A stretch of DNA of 64,000 nucleotides from a virus. Below the pieces are notes generated by a model. It ran no database searches and was not told the origin of the DNA. It worked only from the letters and a program-made list of their open reading frames with translations. The DNA lies in the IMG/VR virus record IMGVR_UViG_3300008012_000023, positions 1-64,000 of that record. The stretch is one strand, 5' to 3'. This document shows positions 38,501 to 52,071 of the stretch, one piece after another. The first letter of the stretch is position 1, and each line of letters opens with the position of its first letter. The position numbers were made by a program, and so were the translations under genes.

Positions 38501-41500
38501 GTCATTCCAGAACTTCCAAGGATACTGTGTAATTCTTGTAGCGTCTGCTGGTCCATCTGGATCAATACTTCTAATCTTTCCTTCGTTTGTGTCATAGAAA
38601 GCAGGATTATCAAAATCTGTGTTTATTGAATCTTGTGTATCAAGAGATGTGTATCCAAGATTATACTCTCTTACTTTAGTGTGGAAAGGTTTAACCTCAT
38701 TGATGTAACTCTCAACATATGAATCTGTGCCCACAGTGTATGTTTTACGCTGATCCAAAGATCTAAAAGAGTTACGGACATTGATAAAACTAGATTTGAA
38801 TAGCCAATCAACATAGTTCGATTGTTCTAAAACCTCCCTCAGAGATATGAAGAAAATGTTGTTGTATTCAATTTTCAGGTCTCCGACAAATATGTCATCT
38901 CTCAGTGCCTTCAACACATTCCTTGTTTCTATAGATGGTTCTGCGTCAAAGAAATTTTCATCAAACGTGTCGTCTCCGGCGTATCCAGTGTTAAGAACGG
39001 AATAGTCATACAGACTTGCTTCTAACTGTATCGTTCCGTTTTCTGTTCCTACGTTCTCCCAACCTTGATTGGTCTTCATGTACAACTTCCAGCCACCAGT
39101 ATCTGCATTGGTCACTTTGGCGTGTTTACCTACTTCCAAATCTAGTTCATCTAGCTCATATTCGTACTTGACCTGCTTGTCTATAAATGTGTTTTCGTCG
39201 TGTGTCATCGAACCGTCGACTTTGTACCAGTCAACTAGTTTATAGTAGGTATCTGTTTTGTATGTTTGAACTCTGGTACGACTAAATGATGTTCCGTCCC
39301 ATCTATAGATTGCCCAATACCCGTTTGAATTTTCATCTGCACTAACCAAGAAGTCAACGGTTCCACTGATGTCTCTGGTGTCTTTGTAAGTTAGATCAGC
39401 ATATGTGTCAACTTTTTCGTCCCATAGTCCCGATTGTGCTGTGGGCTCTGGTTCTTTGCTGTCAAGATTGGTGTAAGAAATACTGTTTGCTATCTGATTT
39501 TTCTTCAACACAGAATTGGTATATGTTATGATCTCTTTGAGAGGTCTGAACCTATCAACGTACCAACTCTGCCTTGGTCTCAAATTGTTTCCGTAACGTT
39601 GGTTTACCGGAAGGTCGATGTCAGGCACACTGTCTCCCGCTTCGTTCTTGCCTACCAGGCTGTTCCACCATCTAGTTTCTATTTCTAGATTAGGCCTGTC
39701 GTCCTTGTTGCCTTCCTGCACTATCTTCCAGACAGCATTTGATTCTGCCTCACTCAAATTTTCTTTGTAATCTATGTTCAAGATAATATTATCATTGAAC
39801 AAGATGTTTTTTACATTGAATGTCAGCAATTTGTTGGTGTCTGTGATAGCATAAAACTTTTTGCCTGAAGTTAACGGGTCTCTTATAATGTTGCTTACAA
39901 AAGAAGTTGTGTTCTTCCTGACCACTGATGATTTATTTGGATCCGGTAGATTGACACTGTTCTTGACCCAAAAATAATAATAATTGACCAATGTGTCAAT
40001 TTTAGAATCATATTTTTGTTTTATACTGTACACAGTGTCATCTGAATTCAGAGGCTGACCTGATATGTTCTGTGCCAATCCTTGAGGTGTGTCTGCCAAT
40101 ATGGCCCATTGCGAAGGCAGTATAGTTGATTCTGTCCATTCGTACACATCTATTTGCGACCCAGGAAAAATTTTACCCCAGTTCTTGGTCCTATATTCTT
40201 GGGAGCCTTGCTCATACCATAACCATTTTACTGTAGATAGGTCCCACCACACTTCACCGATGTGATCGTCTGTCCATGATATCGAATCATTGACATTATT
40301 GGTTTCACCTCCCACATTGTACACAGCAGGATCCCATTCGGACTTAACATTTATTTCTCTATCTGCTATTCCCAATATGTTTCCTTTCACAGGATCATAC
40401 AAATCCAAGTAATCTATAATTTGGCTTTTGGCTTTGTCGAAAACGAATGCCGATGTTAATTTCCTGTCGTCGATTAAATTTTGTTCAGTTACTATAGGTT
40501 TCCAGGCATAGACTCCTAGTTCGTTAAGATCAAAACTAGACACCGTTCCGTCGTTGCTTACTCCACTGTCGCTATCGTCTGACGGTGATCCGGCGAACAC
40601 ACATCCGTCTATGGCAAAAACAGATTTTCCAAATTCATCATTTGCTGTGACCTTTGCTGTGACCAACTTGTCATCTATCACATAGTCTGTGTCATACATC
40701 GTGGCTGTGAACACACCGCCCGATTCTTTGTTGATGTCAACAATGTGAGTGTCTTGTAAGTCGAAAGTGGTCGCACCGTTGTCAAATTTCATGTTTCTTT
40801 TTGTATTGAATTTACTAGCGCCAATTATAATCCTACTGCTGTCAGGAGTGATATCGATTGACGTTCCGAATTTCATGTTAGTCTGTGTTTCGGGAGCATT
40901 CAGGGTCTGTTGTAATGTATATGTGTTCGTAGAACCATCGGCGTTCCATTTGTAATAGTAAACAACACCCGCATCGTCTTGTAGATCGTTGTCAAAACCA
41001 GGAGCAGTTATCAAAAGTTTGGTTCCGTCTCTGCTCATGGCAAGGTCAAAACCGAACTGATTGTTCTGACTGCTACCGTCCGAACTTACCGCTGTCAATG
41101 TTTGCCTATGTGTCCAGGTGTTCTGTGTGCTACCATCATTGCTCGTGCCACCTCTTGTGAAAATTTCTACCTTGCCGGCTGTGCCAGACGAAACCGATGC
41201 TACTGCTAAGATATCACCATTATCATTCACTGCGATCTTGTTTCCAAAACGTTTGCCAGAACCTGGATCGTTACTTGTTATAGTAACATCCTGAGTCCAG
41301 GTATCATATGTTGAACCATCATTTCCTGTACCCCACGTGTACATATAAACTGCACCTGAATCTGAAGTCTTGCCCGGAGCACTCACAAAAAGGTATTTCT
41401 GTTGTGTGGAACGGGTGCTGTTGGCTCCCGGTTCTGCCATGGCAATGTCCCAACCAAAATTCTGTCCTGTTTCATCCGAAGGCGGTGTTATAGTGTTAAG

Positions 41501-44500
41501 TTGTGCGTAATTCTTTGCTGTGGTGTTCCACAGATAAGTTTTGACCAGACCCGAGTCGGAGAACCTTGTGCTTCCGTCTAGACCAATAGTGTTTGTATAT
41601 GGCGCTCCTGCCATAATGAAGTTTTCATCTGTGCTTATCCTTAAACTCTCACCCAGTCTGCTGGTGTTATCGTTGTTGTCTGTCATGGTCAGAGACGATT
41701 GTATCTGAAAAGCGTCACCGGGAATATTGTCTCTCCTAAATAAGAAATGAATTGTTCCTTGTCCTGTATTAGGTGCACTGATTGCCATAAATCTTCCATC
41801 ATTTCTTGCCACAACTTTGTATCCAAATTCTTGGTCATTTGTTGTCGAAGGACTTTCGATTACTTTTAATGTATATGGATCACACTTTTCATATATCGAC
41901 CATTTGCTGTTGCCGTTATTGTCTACAAAAACTCTGTCACCGTTTACTGAGTTCAAATCGTCTTTGTCTTGGTATTCGCTATAGCTCAACAAAGAGTTCA
42001 CGTTGTTCATTGACGACAACCTTACTGAAACAAATTTGTACACATTGCCATATGAGTCCAAAGTCGATCCGTCTGCCAGCGTGCCAAATGTTTGTATTCC
42101 TGTTTCTTCAAAATCAAAAACAATATTTTTATGGTCTGGAACCGAAGTTATTTTGTATACTCCGTTAAGTTCTGTGAACTGACTGTTACTGATCAGTACA
42201 AAATCGTTTTTGCTGAAGCCATGGCTGTCACTGAAGGTCAATCTCAATTCGGTCTGATTATTCAAAGGTTGTATAGAAATAATGTTGACGCCTGTGTTTG
42301 TGATTCGTTGCACGTCCCAATCTGTGTTTTCTTTTTTAGCAATCCATATTAGATCGTTGTTTGATATTCTATTGACATCTAAATTCAACAAGTCATTGAT
42401 ATTGAATGCTGTGTGCTGTACATCTTCCTGTCTGGCATATCCGGCAGTTTTATATTTTTGAACAACATCGCTGTCAAACCCTTCTTTGGTATAATCGTAT
42501 TGAGCAAAGGTTGTTCCTGCTGTGTAATCTATTGGTTTTTGATAAAAATTTTCTTTCAATACAACAGCAGATCTGGCAAAATTTTTACTTTCCGTATCCG
42601 AATCTAAAAGTTCGATTGATTGAGTGTTGTAAAGGAATTTGTTGTCATCCATTTCAAACTGTATTGATTTTTTATTATCAACATTTCCTATTTCGCCGGT
42701 CTTGATCATCCATTCAGGATAGATGTCTAAACTGATATTTTCGCCATTGAACTGTGCTTTGACCAATTTGTCTATGGCATTAAGAGTTCCTTTTTCTCTT
42801 ATAAAGCCTTGATAAAATTTATATTGCGTAACATCATTGACAAAAAGGTTTTCTAAATAATCTCGAGATTGATAGCCTATCAAATGTTGGGCGAGTGTTT
42901 GTTGTGACTCATCAAAATTGTTTGTTTCCAAATTATAGAAATCGTTGAACTGCGAAATTTTGTAGTCGAAATTTGGTATCAACTGAGCATTTGGTTTCTC
43001 TTTTTTGATTTGCCAATTTTCGTTCTCGAAACTGTCTCTACTGTTGTGGTTAACTTTTGCTACATAGAAATTATTTTGGTACTCTACTGTGTCTCCAATA
43101 TTGTAATCTTTGTTGTTTGTCCATAAATTTACTTTCGCCTCATCAAAAACAAATCCCGGAGAATAATAATCACCGTTCCAGTCTCCGGTCTTCCATCCTA
43201 CCAATTTCAATCTCTGCTGTCTGAAACCCGTGGCAGGATCGTATATGATATCACTGAACACAGTTTTATTGTCAAAAAGTATTAGGTGTTCTTTCTGCAC
43301 AGCATTCATTACAATATTGAATATGCCTTGTTCAACGTTGGTTGATTTTATCTCGAAATTTGTTCCTACTCGTTTAGTGCTGATATCTTTTGTTGATAGA
43401 TTCCTTCCTTGCGAATCAAGGACTGTGTACTCGCCTACTAAATTATTCAACTTGTTGACCACAGAATTTTTTGTGGTAACACTAAAACCATCTGCTCCAG
43501 CGGACATTGTAATAGCCGAACCTGCCGCCCACCCCTGTGTGGTCCAGTATAAAAATTCTCTAGCGGATGTTTTCCATTCATTTACTTCTTTCAATTCTCT
43601 GCTATATGACTCAAACGCAAATCCTCGACTTTTCAAATATGCCTCATATCCAAGCAAGAAATCAACCACGTCCTGTTTGGTTTTCAAGACAGATCCGTAA
43701 GTTAGTTGCTTTGCGGTAGTATCAAAGGTGTTATAGAATATTGCCTCTGTACTTCCTATAACAAATTTTGTGCTGTTGCTGTTCTTGATGGGAGAAAAAT
43801 ATTGGAAATATGGTCTTAATTTATTGTAACCTATCACTTTGTATCCACCAACTAAAGTTGACCCATCGTCTGCAATATCAGTGTTCGCTTCGATCAAGAC
43901 ACCCGAATAATCAAATCTGTCAACAGGGTTCGAGGTTCTAAATATTATTTTGTAATTTTCGTCTGGCACGAACTGTGACCCACTAGTGGAAGCAGGAGAC
44001 ACCGAATCGGTCAAAATCTTTATATTTTCTTTGTCTGTGAATCCTCCTAGTTTGTAGGACAACTGGACATTCAAATTTTTCATTTTGTCGTAAAAGAAAA
44101 CAGCAGGATCCAAATTATTTTTTATGAGATAGTTCACAACAAAAGGTTGATAACCCGCTGTCTGATATCTTGTTGTGATCCCCGTTACAGTATCGGTAAC
44201 TGTTTCAAGGTGGTATCTGCTAGTGGATAATCTTTGTCTTATTCCTGTTCGAGAGTCTACTAGGTTTCCAGCGGTGTTAGTGCTCAGTGCTGAATTGTCC
44301 AAATACTGCCCAAAGAATTGTGCTGGTTTTGTAAGAGCCAACATCCTCATCACAGCAAAAGGATATTGAGCACTTCTCCTCCAGGCTGTCTCGCCCGGAC
44401 CTTGGTCTCCAAATACCCAACTTTTCCTAATGCCTATAGCATCATATGATTGTAAAAGTTTTGCTTTTATAGGATTTAAAAGATTGCCGTTTTCGTCTAC

Positions 44501-47500
44501 GGGAATGTAATTTGTCAAACCTTCACGTATATAACGTTCCTTGGTTGTTTGAGTATGCTTGTCAAACCCTGCCTCTAGATCTTGCCACATCACAGTATTT
44601 CCTGCAGAATATGGCGCCGGGCCGTAGTTTGTTTCCCACGAAGAAGGTTTTTCTGAATACCCTAACATCTCCCATGGATGAGTATGCGGCCTATCTGTGT
44701 CATAAAAATATTTAAAAATGCCTCTCCAATGTCCCGGAAGGAATTCATTTGCCAAAGAACTCTTTGCTGTAGAATAATTGTAAGTGAAAGGATCACCGTC
44801 AACAAAGTTCTGTTTCTGATATTGTACGGCATTTATTCCTGCCCAATTGTAAAAATCCAAGGCAAGAATACTATCGACTTCGTTGTTGCTGTATTCTGTT
44901 TCGGTAAAGGCGGATGGTTTGACATCGCTCTCATCTAACAGAGTCGGGTCGTGCTCTACTTTTATATTGTTGTAAATTCTTTTTTCAAATTCTAATAGCA
45001 AGTCGTCTCTGTAGTCACCATAGGCAATAGTCCTCGAACCGTCGTGACCGATGATCACATTCTTTGTGGTTGTGTAGGTGTTGTCGCTAACCAACTCAGG
45101 TTTGTATTTTGGATACATACCCATTTTTGTAGGAGTAGGTGGAACAAAACTTGCGGTTGTGTCTGCATAATCCTTTATCACTATCTTGTCACCCACAGCG
45201 AGCGTGGTCGTGATGTTTATGCTATCGTCGGTTGTGTCAAAAGTAAAGTCATGATCCCTGACCAACTGTGTGTCATTCAAGTAAACATACACTGCCCTGT
45301 TGGAAAGTGATGTCACATCAAACTGGCTGTCTATCGCATAATCCACTTCTGACGAATCCTGCACCGTGTACGTTCTAACAGATACGTTTTCGCCATACCC
45401 CATCATGTCTTCATAAAAGAATGGAAAGGTATTATTTTTATTTTCTTTAAGTTTTTCAATTATTTCATCTAGTCTTTGTGATATGGTTCCGTCATAATCG
45501 GTTCCAACCTGATAATTCAAAATACTTTCTTTGAATTTTTGATATGATGAACTACAATAATCCAAGGCACTGATAAAATTGCTAGGTGTATCTATCAAAC
45601 TGAACAGAGCATTTGTCAAAGGTGACGAATGCTGAATAATTGTTCCACCCTTTAGTCTTACATCTGGCAAATCTCTTAGGTTGGTGTTTCCCGGAAACTC
45701 CGCGCCAACTATATCAATATTTTTCTCATGAATGTCATGCAGATGATTTAGTATCTGTCCGTATGTCAATTCATCAAGACTTGCGTTCAAAGGATTAGTA
45801 GAAAGGTTTTCGGGCACCTCGTATACACCCTTGCCTGATAATTTTTTTGAATTACTATGTGTCGTAATTTTTACTAGATTGCCAACCGCAAGTGCTTTAG
45901 TAAATTTAACATATTTGTTGACAGTTCCATCGACTAGTGTGTAGTCTGTGTTTAGATCTTTTCTTTGATGGTCGACATCAACACTGACTTCCAGGTCGGT
46001 CAATGTTTTGCTGTCTTTGTAAACGTCAATAGCAAAAAGTTGTTTTTCATCCGCTGTGACATCATATGTTCTTATCACCCGTTGTTTACTTTGTTCCGAT
46101 CTTTTTATCCATCCATTTTTGCTGTTGTGAGTTGTCAGTCCTGTCGTATAGTGTAAGTGCCCGGATCCAAGAAATTTGCTTACAAACTGGTCACCACTTT
46201 TATATTTGAATGTACCTGATAGAAGATCAGATGTAAAAACAATATCACCCACATTCTGCACTGTGTTGTATTTTACCCTCAATCCCAACACTGTGTCTAA
46301 TGGTGCCGAATCAGAAATTTTATATTCAAAAACCTTGGCTCCAATGAAATCACTGTTTGGATATGTTGTTGAATTATCAAACGAAATGTGAGAATTATCA
46401 AACATACCAAACAACGGTTGTTGATTCAGTTTTGTTTTTTCCTGTCCAGTGGCCCACTCGGTTGTAGCAGACTTGTAATAGAATGTTTTTCCTTGATTCA
46501 CAGTACCAAATTCTACAAACACATTGTCACCATTTGTTGGTGTACCATCTGACTCTAAAGTAAGATTGATTACACTTGTGGAGTTGAATGTAACAAAATT
46601 CACTTTGTAAATTTTATTTTTATATTGGCTGTCTGGATCTGCTGTGAACAAAACTCGCATTCCGTCTGTGAGGGTGATGCCATCCACAATGTAACCTGTG
46701 TTGTTTACGATTGTAGACCCAACATCTGTTGTCACAGAATCAATAACTGTTACACTGTTCTTGGCAACTACTCCATGGTCATACAAAGAGAGTCCAGAAT
46801 CAAATTCAATTATGGGTCTCTTGGCCCTGTTTTGTTCCAGAAGGTCCAGTTCCAGGCCGTTAATGGTCGCTGTGTCTTCTATCATTGCTCTATGGAACCA
46901 TCGATTGTACCTGCTCCAGGCATTGCCGTCTATGCTATCTCTTTTGATAGTGATGTAATCAGGATCGGTTGGCCTATAAAATGCAATCGAATAAGGTCGA
47001 GAATCATAGGCGCTCTCGTCGTACAATGTTGTTGTCTCTTCTGCATAGGATTCTGGTGTTATCAATTTGGTCGTGTCGGTTAATGTAATTTTTTCTCCAA
47101 CACCCTCGACATAAAATTCTTTGTTAGCGTAGGTTTCTGTGTCTAAGACATTGTTGCCAAATTTGATCTTCATTCCATTGGACAATGCTGTGCCGCCGCT
47201 GAAAGTATAATTTTTAAGATTTACTATCTGCTCTGCTACATCTATCTTGGTTGCATCATTGATATCCTTAATTTTTATGATGCCGTTCATGGCAGAATGA
47301 GAACCACACTGATAATGTAGTGTATCTGGAGCATTTTCCGGAACCACAAAAGTTAAAGTGCCTTTTTTTACCCCATTGTTTGTAACACCATTATCATACA
47401 GCACACTTGTTGAGCCATCGACAGCAATACCTGTCTTGAATGGTTCCGTCATGATGTAAAAAGGATGAGATGTGGTATCTTTGACAAATTTGTAAGTGTT

Positions 47501-48127
47501 TCCTCTGTAAAGTGTTATCTGGGGATTGTCGGTGTTGCCGTGTGTTCCAAATCTGTATGATGTCGAACCGTTGGCAGTGACATCTATCTCATAACTGATA
47601 CCTGGTCCTATCGTTGACACAAGGATAGGATTTGGACCTTCTGGCAACCAATAGTATTCTCTATAATTGATCAACTTATCTAGGTCGACCGCAGAGTTCC
47701 AACTGTATACATCTTCTTTGGTCAATCTGTCATGGTTGTCAACTATACCGCCTAGGTATTCGATTTGATTGATAAAGTCATCATAAGTTGCTGTAAATTT
47801 TACTCTATCTTCAGGATTCACACTGCTTGTATCTTTGTCGATATACGTGACAGTAGGTTCTAATTGATAATTTTTCCTTAGTTCACTTGTGGCACTTACG
47901 TATTTGTCAGCACTTTGTCTTGTGTAAGCATATGGCCTTCCAATATAACCGTCTAACCTTTGTAGATTGCCTTTCTGGACCAAAGGATCAAGTGTGCTTG
48001 ATAAAAATCGTTGGTTGGCATCTGTCCTGTAGTAGGCAGGTAGATGAGCCACTGTTCTTCTGTAGTTCCTACCCTCTTTGTCTGTGACTACTTCTAGATT
48101 TCTTGATGATTTGTTATCTTCCGCCAT
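35531..48127 (-). CDS. giant (4198 aa) baseplate/virion structural protein
   Basis: Directly after gp6-like gene; cupredoxin-like domain, FG-GAP-like propeller (~40500-41880), GSGY.S.PTV repeats, C-terminal GDGST Ig-like repeats. Confidence 0.75.
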   Translation of the reverse strand: MAEDNKSSRNLEVVTDKEGRNYRRTVAHLPAYYRTDANQRFLSSTLDPLVQKGNLQRLDGYIGRPYAYTRQSADKYVSATSELRKNYQLEPTVTYIDKDTSSVNPEDRVKFTATYDDFINQIEYLGGIVDNHDRLTKEDVYSWNSAVDLDKLINYREYYWLPEGPNPILVSTIGPGISYEIDVTANGSTSYRFGTHGNTDNPQITLYRGNTYKFVKDTTSHPFYIMTEPFKTGIAVDGSTSVLYDNGVTNNGVKKGTLTFVVPENAPDTLHYQCGSHSAMNGIIKIKDINDATKIDVAEQIVNLKNYTFSGGTALSNGMKIKFGNNVLDTETYANKEFYVEGVGEKITLTDTTKLITPESYAEETTTLYDESAYDSRPYSIAFYRPTDPDYITIKRDSIDGNAWSRYNRWFHRAMIEDTATINGLELDLLEQNRAKRPIIEFDSGLSLYDHGVVAKNSVTVIDSVTTDVGSTIVNNTGYIVDGITLTDGMRVLFTADPDSQYKNKIYKVNFVTFNSTSVINLTLESDGTPTNGDNVFVEFGTVNQGKTFYYKSATTEWATGQEKTKLNQQPLFGMFDNSHISFDNSTTYPNSDFIGAKVFEYKISDSAPLDTVLGLRVKYNTVQNVGDIVFTSDLLSGTFKYKSGDQFVSKFLGSGHLHYTTGLTTHNSKNGWIKRSEQSKQRVIRTYDVTADEKQLFAIDVYKDSKTLTDLEVSVDVDHQRKDLNTDYTLVDGTVNKYVKFTKALAVGNLVKITTHSNSKKLSGKGVYEVPENLSTNPLNASLDELTYGQILNHLHDIHEKNIDIVGAEFPGNTNLRDLPDVRLKGGTIIQHSSPLTNALFSLIDTPSNFISALDYCSSSYQKFKESILNYQVGTDYDGTISQRLDEIIEKLKENKNNTFPFFYEDMMGYGENVSVRTYTVQDSSEVDYAIDSQFDVTSLSNRAVYVYLNDTQLVRDHDFTFDTTDDSINITTTLAVGDKIVIKDYADTTASFVPPTPTKMGMYPKYKPELVSDNTYTTTKNVIIGHDGSRTIAYGDYRDDLLLEFEKRIYNNIKVEHDPTLLDESDVKPSAFTETEYSNNEVDSILALDFYNWAGINAVQYQKQNFVDGDPFTYNYSTAKSSLANEFLPGHWRGIFKYFYDTDRPHTHPWEMLGYSEKPSSWETNYGPAPYSAGNTVMWQDLEAGFDKHTQTTKERYIREGLTNYIPVDENGNLLNPIKAKLLQSYDAIGIRKSWVFGDQGPGETAWRRSAQYPFAVMRMLALTKPAQFFGQYLDNSALSTNTAGNLVDSRTGIRQRLSTSRYHLETVTDTVTGITTRYQTAGYQPFVVNYLIKNNLDPAVFFYDKMKNLNVQLSYKLGGFTDKENIKILTDSVSPASTSGSQFVPDENYKIIFRTSNPVDRFDYSGVLIEANTDIADDGSTLVGGYKVIGYNKLRPYFQYFSPIKNSNSTKFVIGSTEAIFYNTFDTTAKQLTYGSVLKTKQDVVDFLLGYEAYLKSRGFAFESYSRELKEVNEWKTSAREFLYWTTQGWAAGSAITMSAGADGFSVTTKNSVVNKLNNLVGEYTVLDSQGRNLSTKDISTKRVGTNFEIKSTNVEQGIFNIVMNAVQKEHLILFDNKTVFSDIIYDPATGFRQQRLKLVGWKTGDWNGDYYSPGFVFDEAKVNLWTNNKDYNIGDTVEYQNNFYVAKVNHNSRDSFENENWQIKKEKPNAQLIPNFDYKISQFNDFYNLETNNFDESQQTLAQHLIGYQSRDYLENLFVNDVTQYKFYQGFIREKGTLNAIDKLVKAQFNGENISLDIYPEWMIKTGEIGNVDNKKSIQFEMDDNKFLYNTQSIELLDSDTESKNFARSAVVLKENFYQKPIDYTAGTTFAQYDYTKEGFDSDVVQKYKTAGYARQEDVQHTAFNINDLLNLDVNRISNNDLIWIAKKENTDWDVQRITNTGVNIISIQPLNNQTELRLTFSDSHGFSKNDFVLISNSQFTELNGVYKITSVPDHKNIVFDFEETGIQTFGTLADGSTLDSYGNVYKFVSVRLSSMNNVNSLLSYSEYQDKDDLNSVNGDRVFVDNNGNSKWSIYEKCDPYTLKVIESPSTTNDQEFGYKVVARNDGRFMAISAPNTGQGTIHFLFRRDNIPGDAFQIQSSLTMTDNNDNTSRLGESLRISTDENFIMAGAPYTNTIGLDGSTRFSDSGLVKTYLWNTTAKNYAQLNTITPPSDETGQNFGWDIAMAEPGANSTRSTQQKYLFVSAPGKTSDSGAVYMYTWGTGNDGSTYDTWTQDVTITSNDPGSGKRFGNKIAVNDNGDILAVASVSSGTAGKVEIFTRGGTSNDGSTQNTWTHRQTLTAVSSDGSSQNNQFGFDLAMSRDGTKLLITAPGFDNDLQDDAGVVYYYKWNADGSTNTYTLQQTLNAPETQTNMKFGTSIDITPDSSRIIIGASKFNTKRNMKFDNGATTFDLQDTHIVDINKESGGVFTATMYDTDYVIDDKLVTAKVTANDEFGKSVFAIDGCVFAGSPSDDSDSGVSNDGTVSSFDLNELGVYAWKPIVTEQNLIDDRKLTSAFVFDKAKSQIIDYLDLYDPVKGNILGIADREINVKSEWDPAVYNVGGETNNVNDSISWTDDHIGEVWWDLSTVKWLWYEQGSQEYRTKNWGKIFPGSQIDVYEWTESTILPSQWAILADTPQGLAQNISGQPLNSDDTVYSIKQKYDSKIDTLVNYYYFWVKNSVNLPDPNKSSVVRKNTTSFVSNIIRDPLTSGKKFYAITDTNKLLTFNVKNILFNDNIILNIDYKENLSEAESNAVWKIVQEGNKDDRPNLEIETRWWNSLVGKNEAGDSVPDIDLPVNQRYGNNLRPRQSWYVDRFRPLKEIITYTNSVLKKNQIANSISYTNLDSKEPEPTAQSGLWDEKVDTYADLTYKDTRDISGTVDFLVSADENSNGYWAIYRWDGTSFSRTRVQTYKTDTYYKLVDWYKVDGSMTHDENTFIDKQVKYEYELDELDLEVGKHAKVTNADTGGWKLYMKTNQGWENVGTENGTIQLEASLYDYSVLNTGYAGDDTFDENFFDAEPSIETRNVLKALRDDIFVGDLKIEYNNIFFISLREVLEQSNYVDWLFKSSFINVRNSFRSLDQRKTYTVGTDSYVESYINEVKPFHTKVREYNLGYTSLDTQDSINTDFDNPAFYDTNEGKIRSIDPDGPADATRITQYPWKFWNDNYKRFVQSVVITNAGSGYTQTPTVTITGGGGSGATATAVVSDGSVKSISVTNAGSGYTSTPTVLITGGESGGSTPTNQAKASVRLGNAKVRDIQTTIKFDRISKTATVLDWTSDTVYEYGTLIRFNNELYRATNRFTSTTDFDDNEGSVQKLRGDESYITATERTLGLYTPTTEMPGNELSQLMKGIDYGGVMVTGLDFTNDQGWDKSNWYENPWDNYGTSRSKTFYGDGSTVTFSFDTAPATTEVYTVYFDGTRQTSEVFRGDGTTTSFTLSSAPGNGVKVEFIPFDDDKVLTPTDDRTLDTQLSGGLFSSVLGQSPSDIIVEGDAFVTPETSFAPEENVPGSIFDTLDIKVYTTPLSGVPFIVNKTYFGDDSTITFSIGQKPGTSAGVFVTVNNTIQTLNTDFTVDVENETITLTTTPVTGAVINVRSFAVSGSNYVVLNEFTGDGSTTDFETASRDTYQLDSALPTLYVTKNGVPQTVSTDYTTSESNKKITVSFTSAPASGDSIQVAGFNQDSTSRAYAEVRTQEIEYDGSTLTYPLTYPAGAIGPYAGLTLVELNGSLLRGPDNTYYSGDGSTATFTYGVSTMLSDGSTVDPAKTITSNSQIEVYKNGSKQLLNTDYTVDIAQQNVSFVLAPASGDIIVIATKVDKHYTVTGSDLVIDTSQISSDSISLSQGDKFVVTTFNNAFGMRQRREVLEGRTNGEFYLSADPFNSDYTYVALNQELLVANNDYTIENNKITIFGKTITTSDRLDVMYFAIESNTGATGFRIFKDMLNRTFYKRISKTHTTKLTQDLLVDSTTITVEDGTILGQPNVSANMPGVIFVDKERIEYFSKTGNTLGQLRRGTLGTGIKVHASGADVVDASGQQTVPYADTISSKTYTGDGSTVSFATTTAPSSASELDIFIGGQRLLLTSEDGSTVNYIVDGSTANVTLITPPASGVQIKIIQKTGSVWYDAGVSTAANGKGLQKANTYQARFIAGEPTNAPE
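35600..37835 (-). repeat. protein-level tandem (F/Y)xGDGSTxxF beta-sandwich repeats
   Basis: [58 protein letters not shown], several followed by V.VN..Q..N.D(F/Y)TV..APASG. Confidence 0.75.
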
Positions 48128-48129
48128 CT

Positions 48130-51100
48130 TTAGTATCCTGTACCACTACTGCCGGAACTGGAGTTGCTTCCAGAACCGTATGTTGTCGAGGTAACCGATG
48201 ATACTGCCGATGATGATCTTGTTGTGTTTGTTATTGACGTGGTCGATGTTACAACTGTTCCAGAAGCCTCTAGTTGGTTGGCTCCTAGAGCATCTATGAT
48301 TGTAACATCATCAACGGTGGCCCCACTGATGAAAATTTCGTCTGATGCTGAACTGATTTGGAACAGAGAACCAAATCCTTGTCCTGATTGATTAGGCACG
48401 ATGACCACCGTGAGTAGGTCTGGTGCCAATTGATTGTGTATGTAAGCCGCAAGTTCCGTAAAATAGAAAGTGTCACCAAAGTTCCAATTTTCTAAGGCAA
48501 AAAATCTATTGATTGCCTGAATGACTTTTGTTTTGATTATTGCATTGCTTACATTTGTTTCGGGATTTTTGACAACCTTGAATGTTGACTGTAATTCTTC
48601 GTTGGCATTTGTGCCAAATAAGATTTTATATTTTACCGGACGGTATATAATTTGATCACTCAAACTTTTTACAGGATTAAGTTTGCTTCCATAACTTATT
48701 CTCAACTGATCACTTGTGCTTGGTGTAGGCCGTGTTCCACCTTCAGAAAGCCAATTTCTAAAATTGATATCATAAGTTCTTTCCAACATGAAAATATCTA
48801 TCACGTTGCTTACACTTGGATCTATTCTCGATCCTTGCCCTGCATGATGCTTGTACTGGAAATCGATAGTAGATCTACCAGATCTGGCAATATAGTCTGT
48901 GGTTGTGTTTAAAGTTTGTGTGGACGAATCATATTTTTTGATCACGTCTTCGCTGGGATCTCTAAAATAAAAAAGTTGGCCATTTTCGTATGTTCCGGGT
49001 AAAGTTATATCTGACTCATTTGCTGTCACAATAAAATTAGTAGAAGCGTAAGGTCTGAATCTTTCTATGTTGTTGTAAGACAAATATTTTTCAAAGAACA
49101 CATACTTTGTGTTGGGAGATGTTGTGGGTTCAACAATAATATCAAAAATTTCAGGATTATCTACAACGCCATCGTCGTCGCTATCGAAAAAGCCAACTTC
49201 AACTTTTCTATTGTCCTGGTAACCGTCTGCTTCTTGTATGGTGTTTACAACTTGCCAATATATAGGATACCCTACAGATGTTGAACTTGATAATATCAAA
49301 TTATTTTTTAATATTTTTACAAAATCTTTTACTAATCTTCCAGTTTTATAATCATAGATTCTTTCATCTATATCGTAATGAAATTTGTTTTGACCTTCTG
49401 ATTCGAAAATATATTTCAAAGATCTGTACTCAACTGTGTATGTATTTCCGTCATTTGTAAATTTAAACCACCAACTGGCGTCCAAACTAGTTTCGGAAGT
49501 GTCGCCCTCGTTGTCGAGACTGAAATCATCTGAGGTGTTCAAGTTGGATGATGTGATCACCTTCCATTCTGTGTTTTCTGAATCAAATCTCAAACCAAAT
49601 GTCTCATACGCTTCTATTCTATTTTGTATGTCTTGCTTCAACGCTGTGGTGAATGTGTTAAGGAAAGGTGGTATGACCGCATTTGCCACGGCGTTTGCTG
49701 GAATAATATTCGCTAAAGTAACCGGACCAACCCCTGACTCTAGATTTCCAACTCCGCCATTTGCTCCGTCTGCCACTACCGAAGTAACTTTGGCCCATGA
49801 CCTATCTTCTGCATTGTCTGTGCCACTGGTGACCAACTTGCCGTTTAAAAATTTTCTTGTATCTGGCGAAGTGAATTTCACCAAAGATCCAGGTTTTACA
49901 TACTGCAGATTGCTTGTGCTGAATTCCCCAAGAACCAGAGGCCCGCCTGCATTAAAATAACCTGTGTTTGTATTTGTTCCGGTTGTTGTGCTTACCCAAC
50001 TCGCAGTAAGGCTTGATAAATCTTTTGCATCATATTTCAAGTAATAGAATTGCCTCGAATACGCATTTTTTAATTTTGCCTCAACGCTGGTGTTTATTGT
50101 GTTGAGAATATCATTCCTGTTTGTGAAAGTAAAAGTAAAAGTAGGTGATGTTTCTTCTCTGTAAACTATGCCATCTTCAGCAATAGTGCTTACCTGAGAA
50201 TATGCACCAGTTGGATCAATGATATCCTTGGCCCTGGAAATGCCAGATGCTGTTCTGTTCACTGATTTTATTTTCACTATTTCCTGGGATGCACCCAAAG
50301 GAACTATGTTGTAATCCTCTGCCGTAATCATTCTATTCTGTGAATAATAAACCTGAGGTGCCTTCTCCCTGATAGAATCGTTTGATTCTGTGGCCGATGA
50401 ATTATACACTGATTGTTTCAGGCTGACACTTATTGTTGCCACCTGACTGCCACCATTTTTGTCAAGATACGGAAGATCTATTTGAACGTTTTGTATGTCT
50501 GTTGCCTGGATAGAATACTTTTCGTTGTCGCTAACTCTGTGGTACACCCTAAAAGCACCCGATGGCAAGTTAGCAAAATTGCCATCACCGAAGACCAAAT
50601 CAACTGCGTCGTTATTTTTCGTAATGACATTGTAAACATCTCTTTCGCTTTTAGACAAACTGTTGTATATTGTGTTGTTTCCGGCAACGCTCGGAACCTT
50701 GGTCCATAATTTTGAAACCTGATTGAGGTTGTCAAGACTGTATAACCAAACATCTGTGTCATTGATGCCATTGACATTGATGTTCTGCACAAAATTTGTA
50801 ATGCCTTGTTCGATAGAAAATTCGGTGTTTGTCAATCCTCCCTGTTTGAACAACACAAAGAAGCCTGTATTATTCGAACTGTCTCCTGCGCCATCTGTTC
50901 TGTATAGATAACTGAAACCATCACCCGGTAGAGGTGCCTTTTCATATATAGATTCGCTCGAAGATACAGTTGCGGGCACAACTTCGAAATTTCTAGTTAC
51001 TCCGTTGACCGGTTTTATGAATTTGAAAATTGGAAGGTCTGTATTGATACTGTTGGATGTGTATACTTCAGTAGTGATACCACCAATTATGGCCGACTCC

Positions 51101-51621
51101 AAAGGCTTTCCGAATTTTTGATCTGTAAAATTTAATGCGTTGAAAATGCTGATAAACTGTTCTCTGTAATTGGCATTTGTTGGATCATTCCATACCACTG
51201 TGGTATTGGCTAAATTAGTGCCTGACGAATCTGTCACTGTTTCTGTTGTTGAAACAGAATCTATCTTTAACAAACCAGATGCACACTGGTTCCTACGAGC
51301 ATTGTAATTTATAAGTCTTGCCAATCTTAATACAGAATTTCGTCTTTCTGCGGTTTCTAAAAAATTTTCTCTGGCATTCAAATCAACTCTGAACGATAGG
51401 GACTGTGCCACATAGGCTATCAGATCGATCAGGGCAACATATTCAGAACTCTCAACAAAATCATTGAAATCATCTGGATAGTTTTCCTTGATGTAGGACA
51501 CCATGGTCCTTCTTATGGTCTCAAAATCGTATGATTTGAAATCTGCTTTTTGAAACGCCTGATAGATCTTACGCCAATCTTCTGCAATCAATAATCTATT
51601 TTGTCTATCTGTAGTGGCCAT
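48130..51621 (-). CDS. baseplate wedge subunit (T4 gp6-like)
   Basis: DFETIR..DF.ESSE..LIDLIAY..ENFLETA.RRNSV..LA..INY; LVFGDG; [19 protein letters not shown]. Confidence 0.85.
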   Translation of the reverse strand: MATTDRQNRLLIAEDWRKIYQAFQKADFKSYDFETIRRTMVSYIKENYPDDFNDFVESSEYVALIDLIAYVAQSLSFRVDLNARENFLETAERRNSVLRLARLINYNARRNQCASGLLKIDSVSTTETVTDSSGTNLANTTVVWNDPTNANYREQFISIFNALNFTDQKFGKPLESAIIGGITTEVYTSNSINTDLPIFKFIKPVNGVTRNFEVVPATVSSSESIYEKAPLPGDGFSYLYRTDGAGDSSNNTGFFVLFKQGGLTNTEFSIEQGITNFVQNINVNGINDTDVWLYSLDNLNQVSKLWTKVPSVAGNNTIYNSLSKSERDVYNVITKNNDAVDLVFGDGNFANLPSGAFRVYHRVSDNEKYSIQATDIQNVQIDLPYLDKNGGSQVATISVSLKQSVYNSSATESNDSIREKAPQVYYSQNRMITAEDYNIVPLGASQEIVKIKSVNRTASGISRAKDIIDPTGAYSQVSTIAEDGIVYREETSPTFTFTFTNRNDILNTINTSVEAKLKNAYSRQFYYLKYDAKDLSSLTASWVSTTTGTNTNTGYFNAGGPLVLGEFSTSNLQYVKPGSLVKFTSPDTRKFLNGKLVTSGTDNAEDRSWAKVTSVVADGANGGVGNLESGVGPVTLANIIPANAVANAVIPPFLNTFTTALKQDIQNRIEAYETFGLRFDSENTEWKVITSSNLNTSDDFSLDNEGDTSETSLDASWWFKFTNDGNTYTVEYRSLKYIFESEGQNKFHYDIDERIYDYKTGRLVKDFVKILKNNLILSSSTSVGYPIYWQVVNTIQEADGYQDNRKVEVGFFDSDDDGVVDNPEIFDIIVEPTTSPNTKYVFFEKYLSYNNIERFRPYASTNFIVTANESDITLPGTYENGQLFYFRDPSEDVIKKYDSSTQTLNTTTDYIARSGRSTIDFQYKHHAGQGSRIDPSVSNVIDIFMLERTYDINFRNWLSEGGTRPTPSTSDQLRISYGSKLNPVKSLSDQIIYRPVKYKILFGTNANEELQSTFKVVKNPETNVSNAIIKTKVIQAINRFFALENWNFGDTFYFTELAAYIHNQLAPDLLTVVIVPNQSGQGFGSLFQISSASDEIFISGATVDDVTIIDALGANQLEASGTVVTSTTSITNTTRSSSAVSSVTSTTYGSGSNSSSGSSGTGY

Positions 51622-51636
51622 TATGTATAATGTAGA

Positions 51637-51644
51637 TATTTATA
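51637..51644 (-). promoter_or_regulatory. T4-type late promoter TATAAATA
   Basis: Exact TATAAATA on minus strand 15 nt before the gp6-like ATG. Confidence 0.7.
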
Positions 51645-51664
51645 TGATTATAAATGTGCGTATA

Positions 51665-52069
51665 TTAAGATAGACGTATCGTGCTATTTTGATCAAAATC
51701 TAACTGTAACTTTTCGGTGATATTGTAAGGAAGATAACTGATTGTGGCCTGTATTGATATGCCATGATCTTCTTCGGATACCAATATTTCTTCTGTGTTG
51801 ATCCTGGGATCGGCGTTTAAATTTCTGGTGATATCATCGGCTATGGCCTGTCTGAGATCCTCGGTCAGAGGTTCAAACAGTACATCATATATTATAGTGC
51901 CAAATTCGGGGTTTTCCACACGCTCTCCCTTACGAACACTCAAACGGTTCAACAAGTTTTGTTTGACCAATTCAAAATCATACAGTTTGTAATTGGTCCT
52001 TGACGCCTGACTGCTAAAACCTTTGAATGTTTTGGATTTTGGTATTGTGTTTTTTCCTGTGTCTGCCAT
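51665..52069 (-). CDS. baseplate wedge subunit gp25/GpW family
   Basis: VKQNLLN....KGERVENPEFGT.IYD.LFEP..DPR. Confidence 0.9.
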   Translation of the reverse strand: MADTGKNTIPKSKTFKGFSSQASRTNYKLYDFELVKQNLLNRLSVRKGERVENPEFGTIIYDVLFEPLTEDLRQAIADDITRNLNADPRINTEEILVSEEDHGISIQATISYLPYNITEKLQLDFDQNSTIRLS

Positions 52070-52071
52070 TT

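Noticed and set aside
35531-48127. Intein or frameshift in the giant ORF
   Set aside because: No Hint or LAGLIDADG motifs seen; length is explained by structural domains
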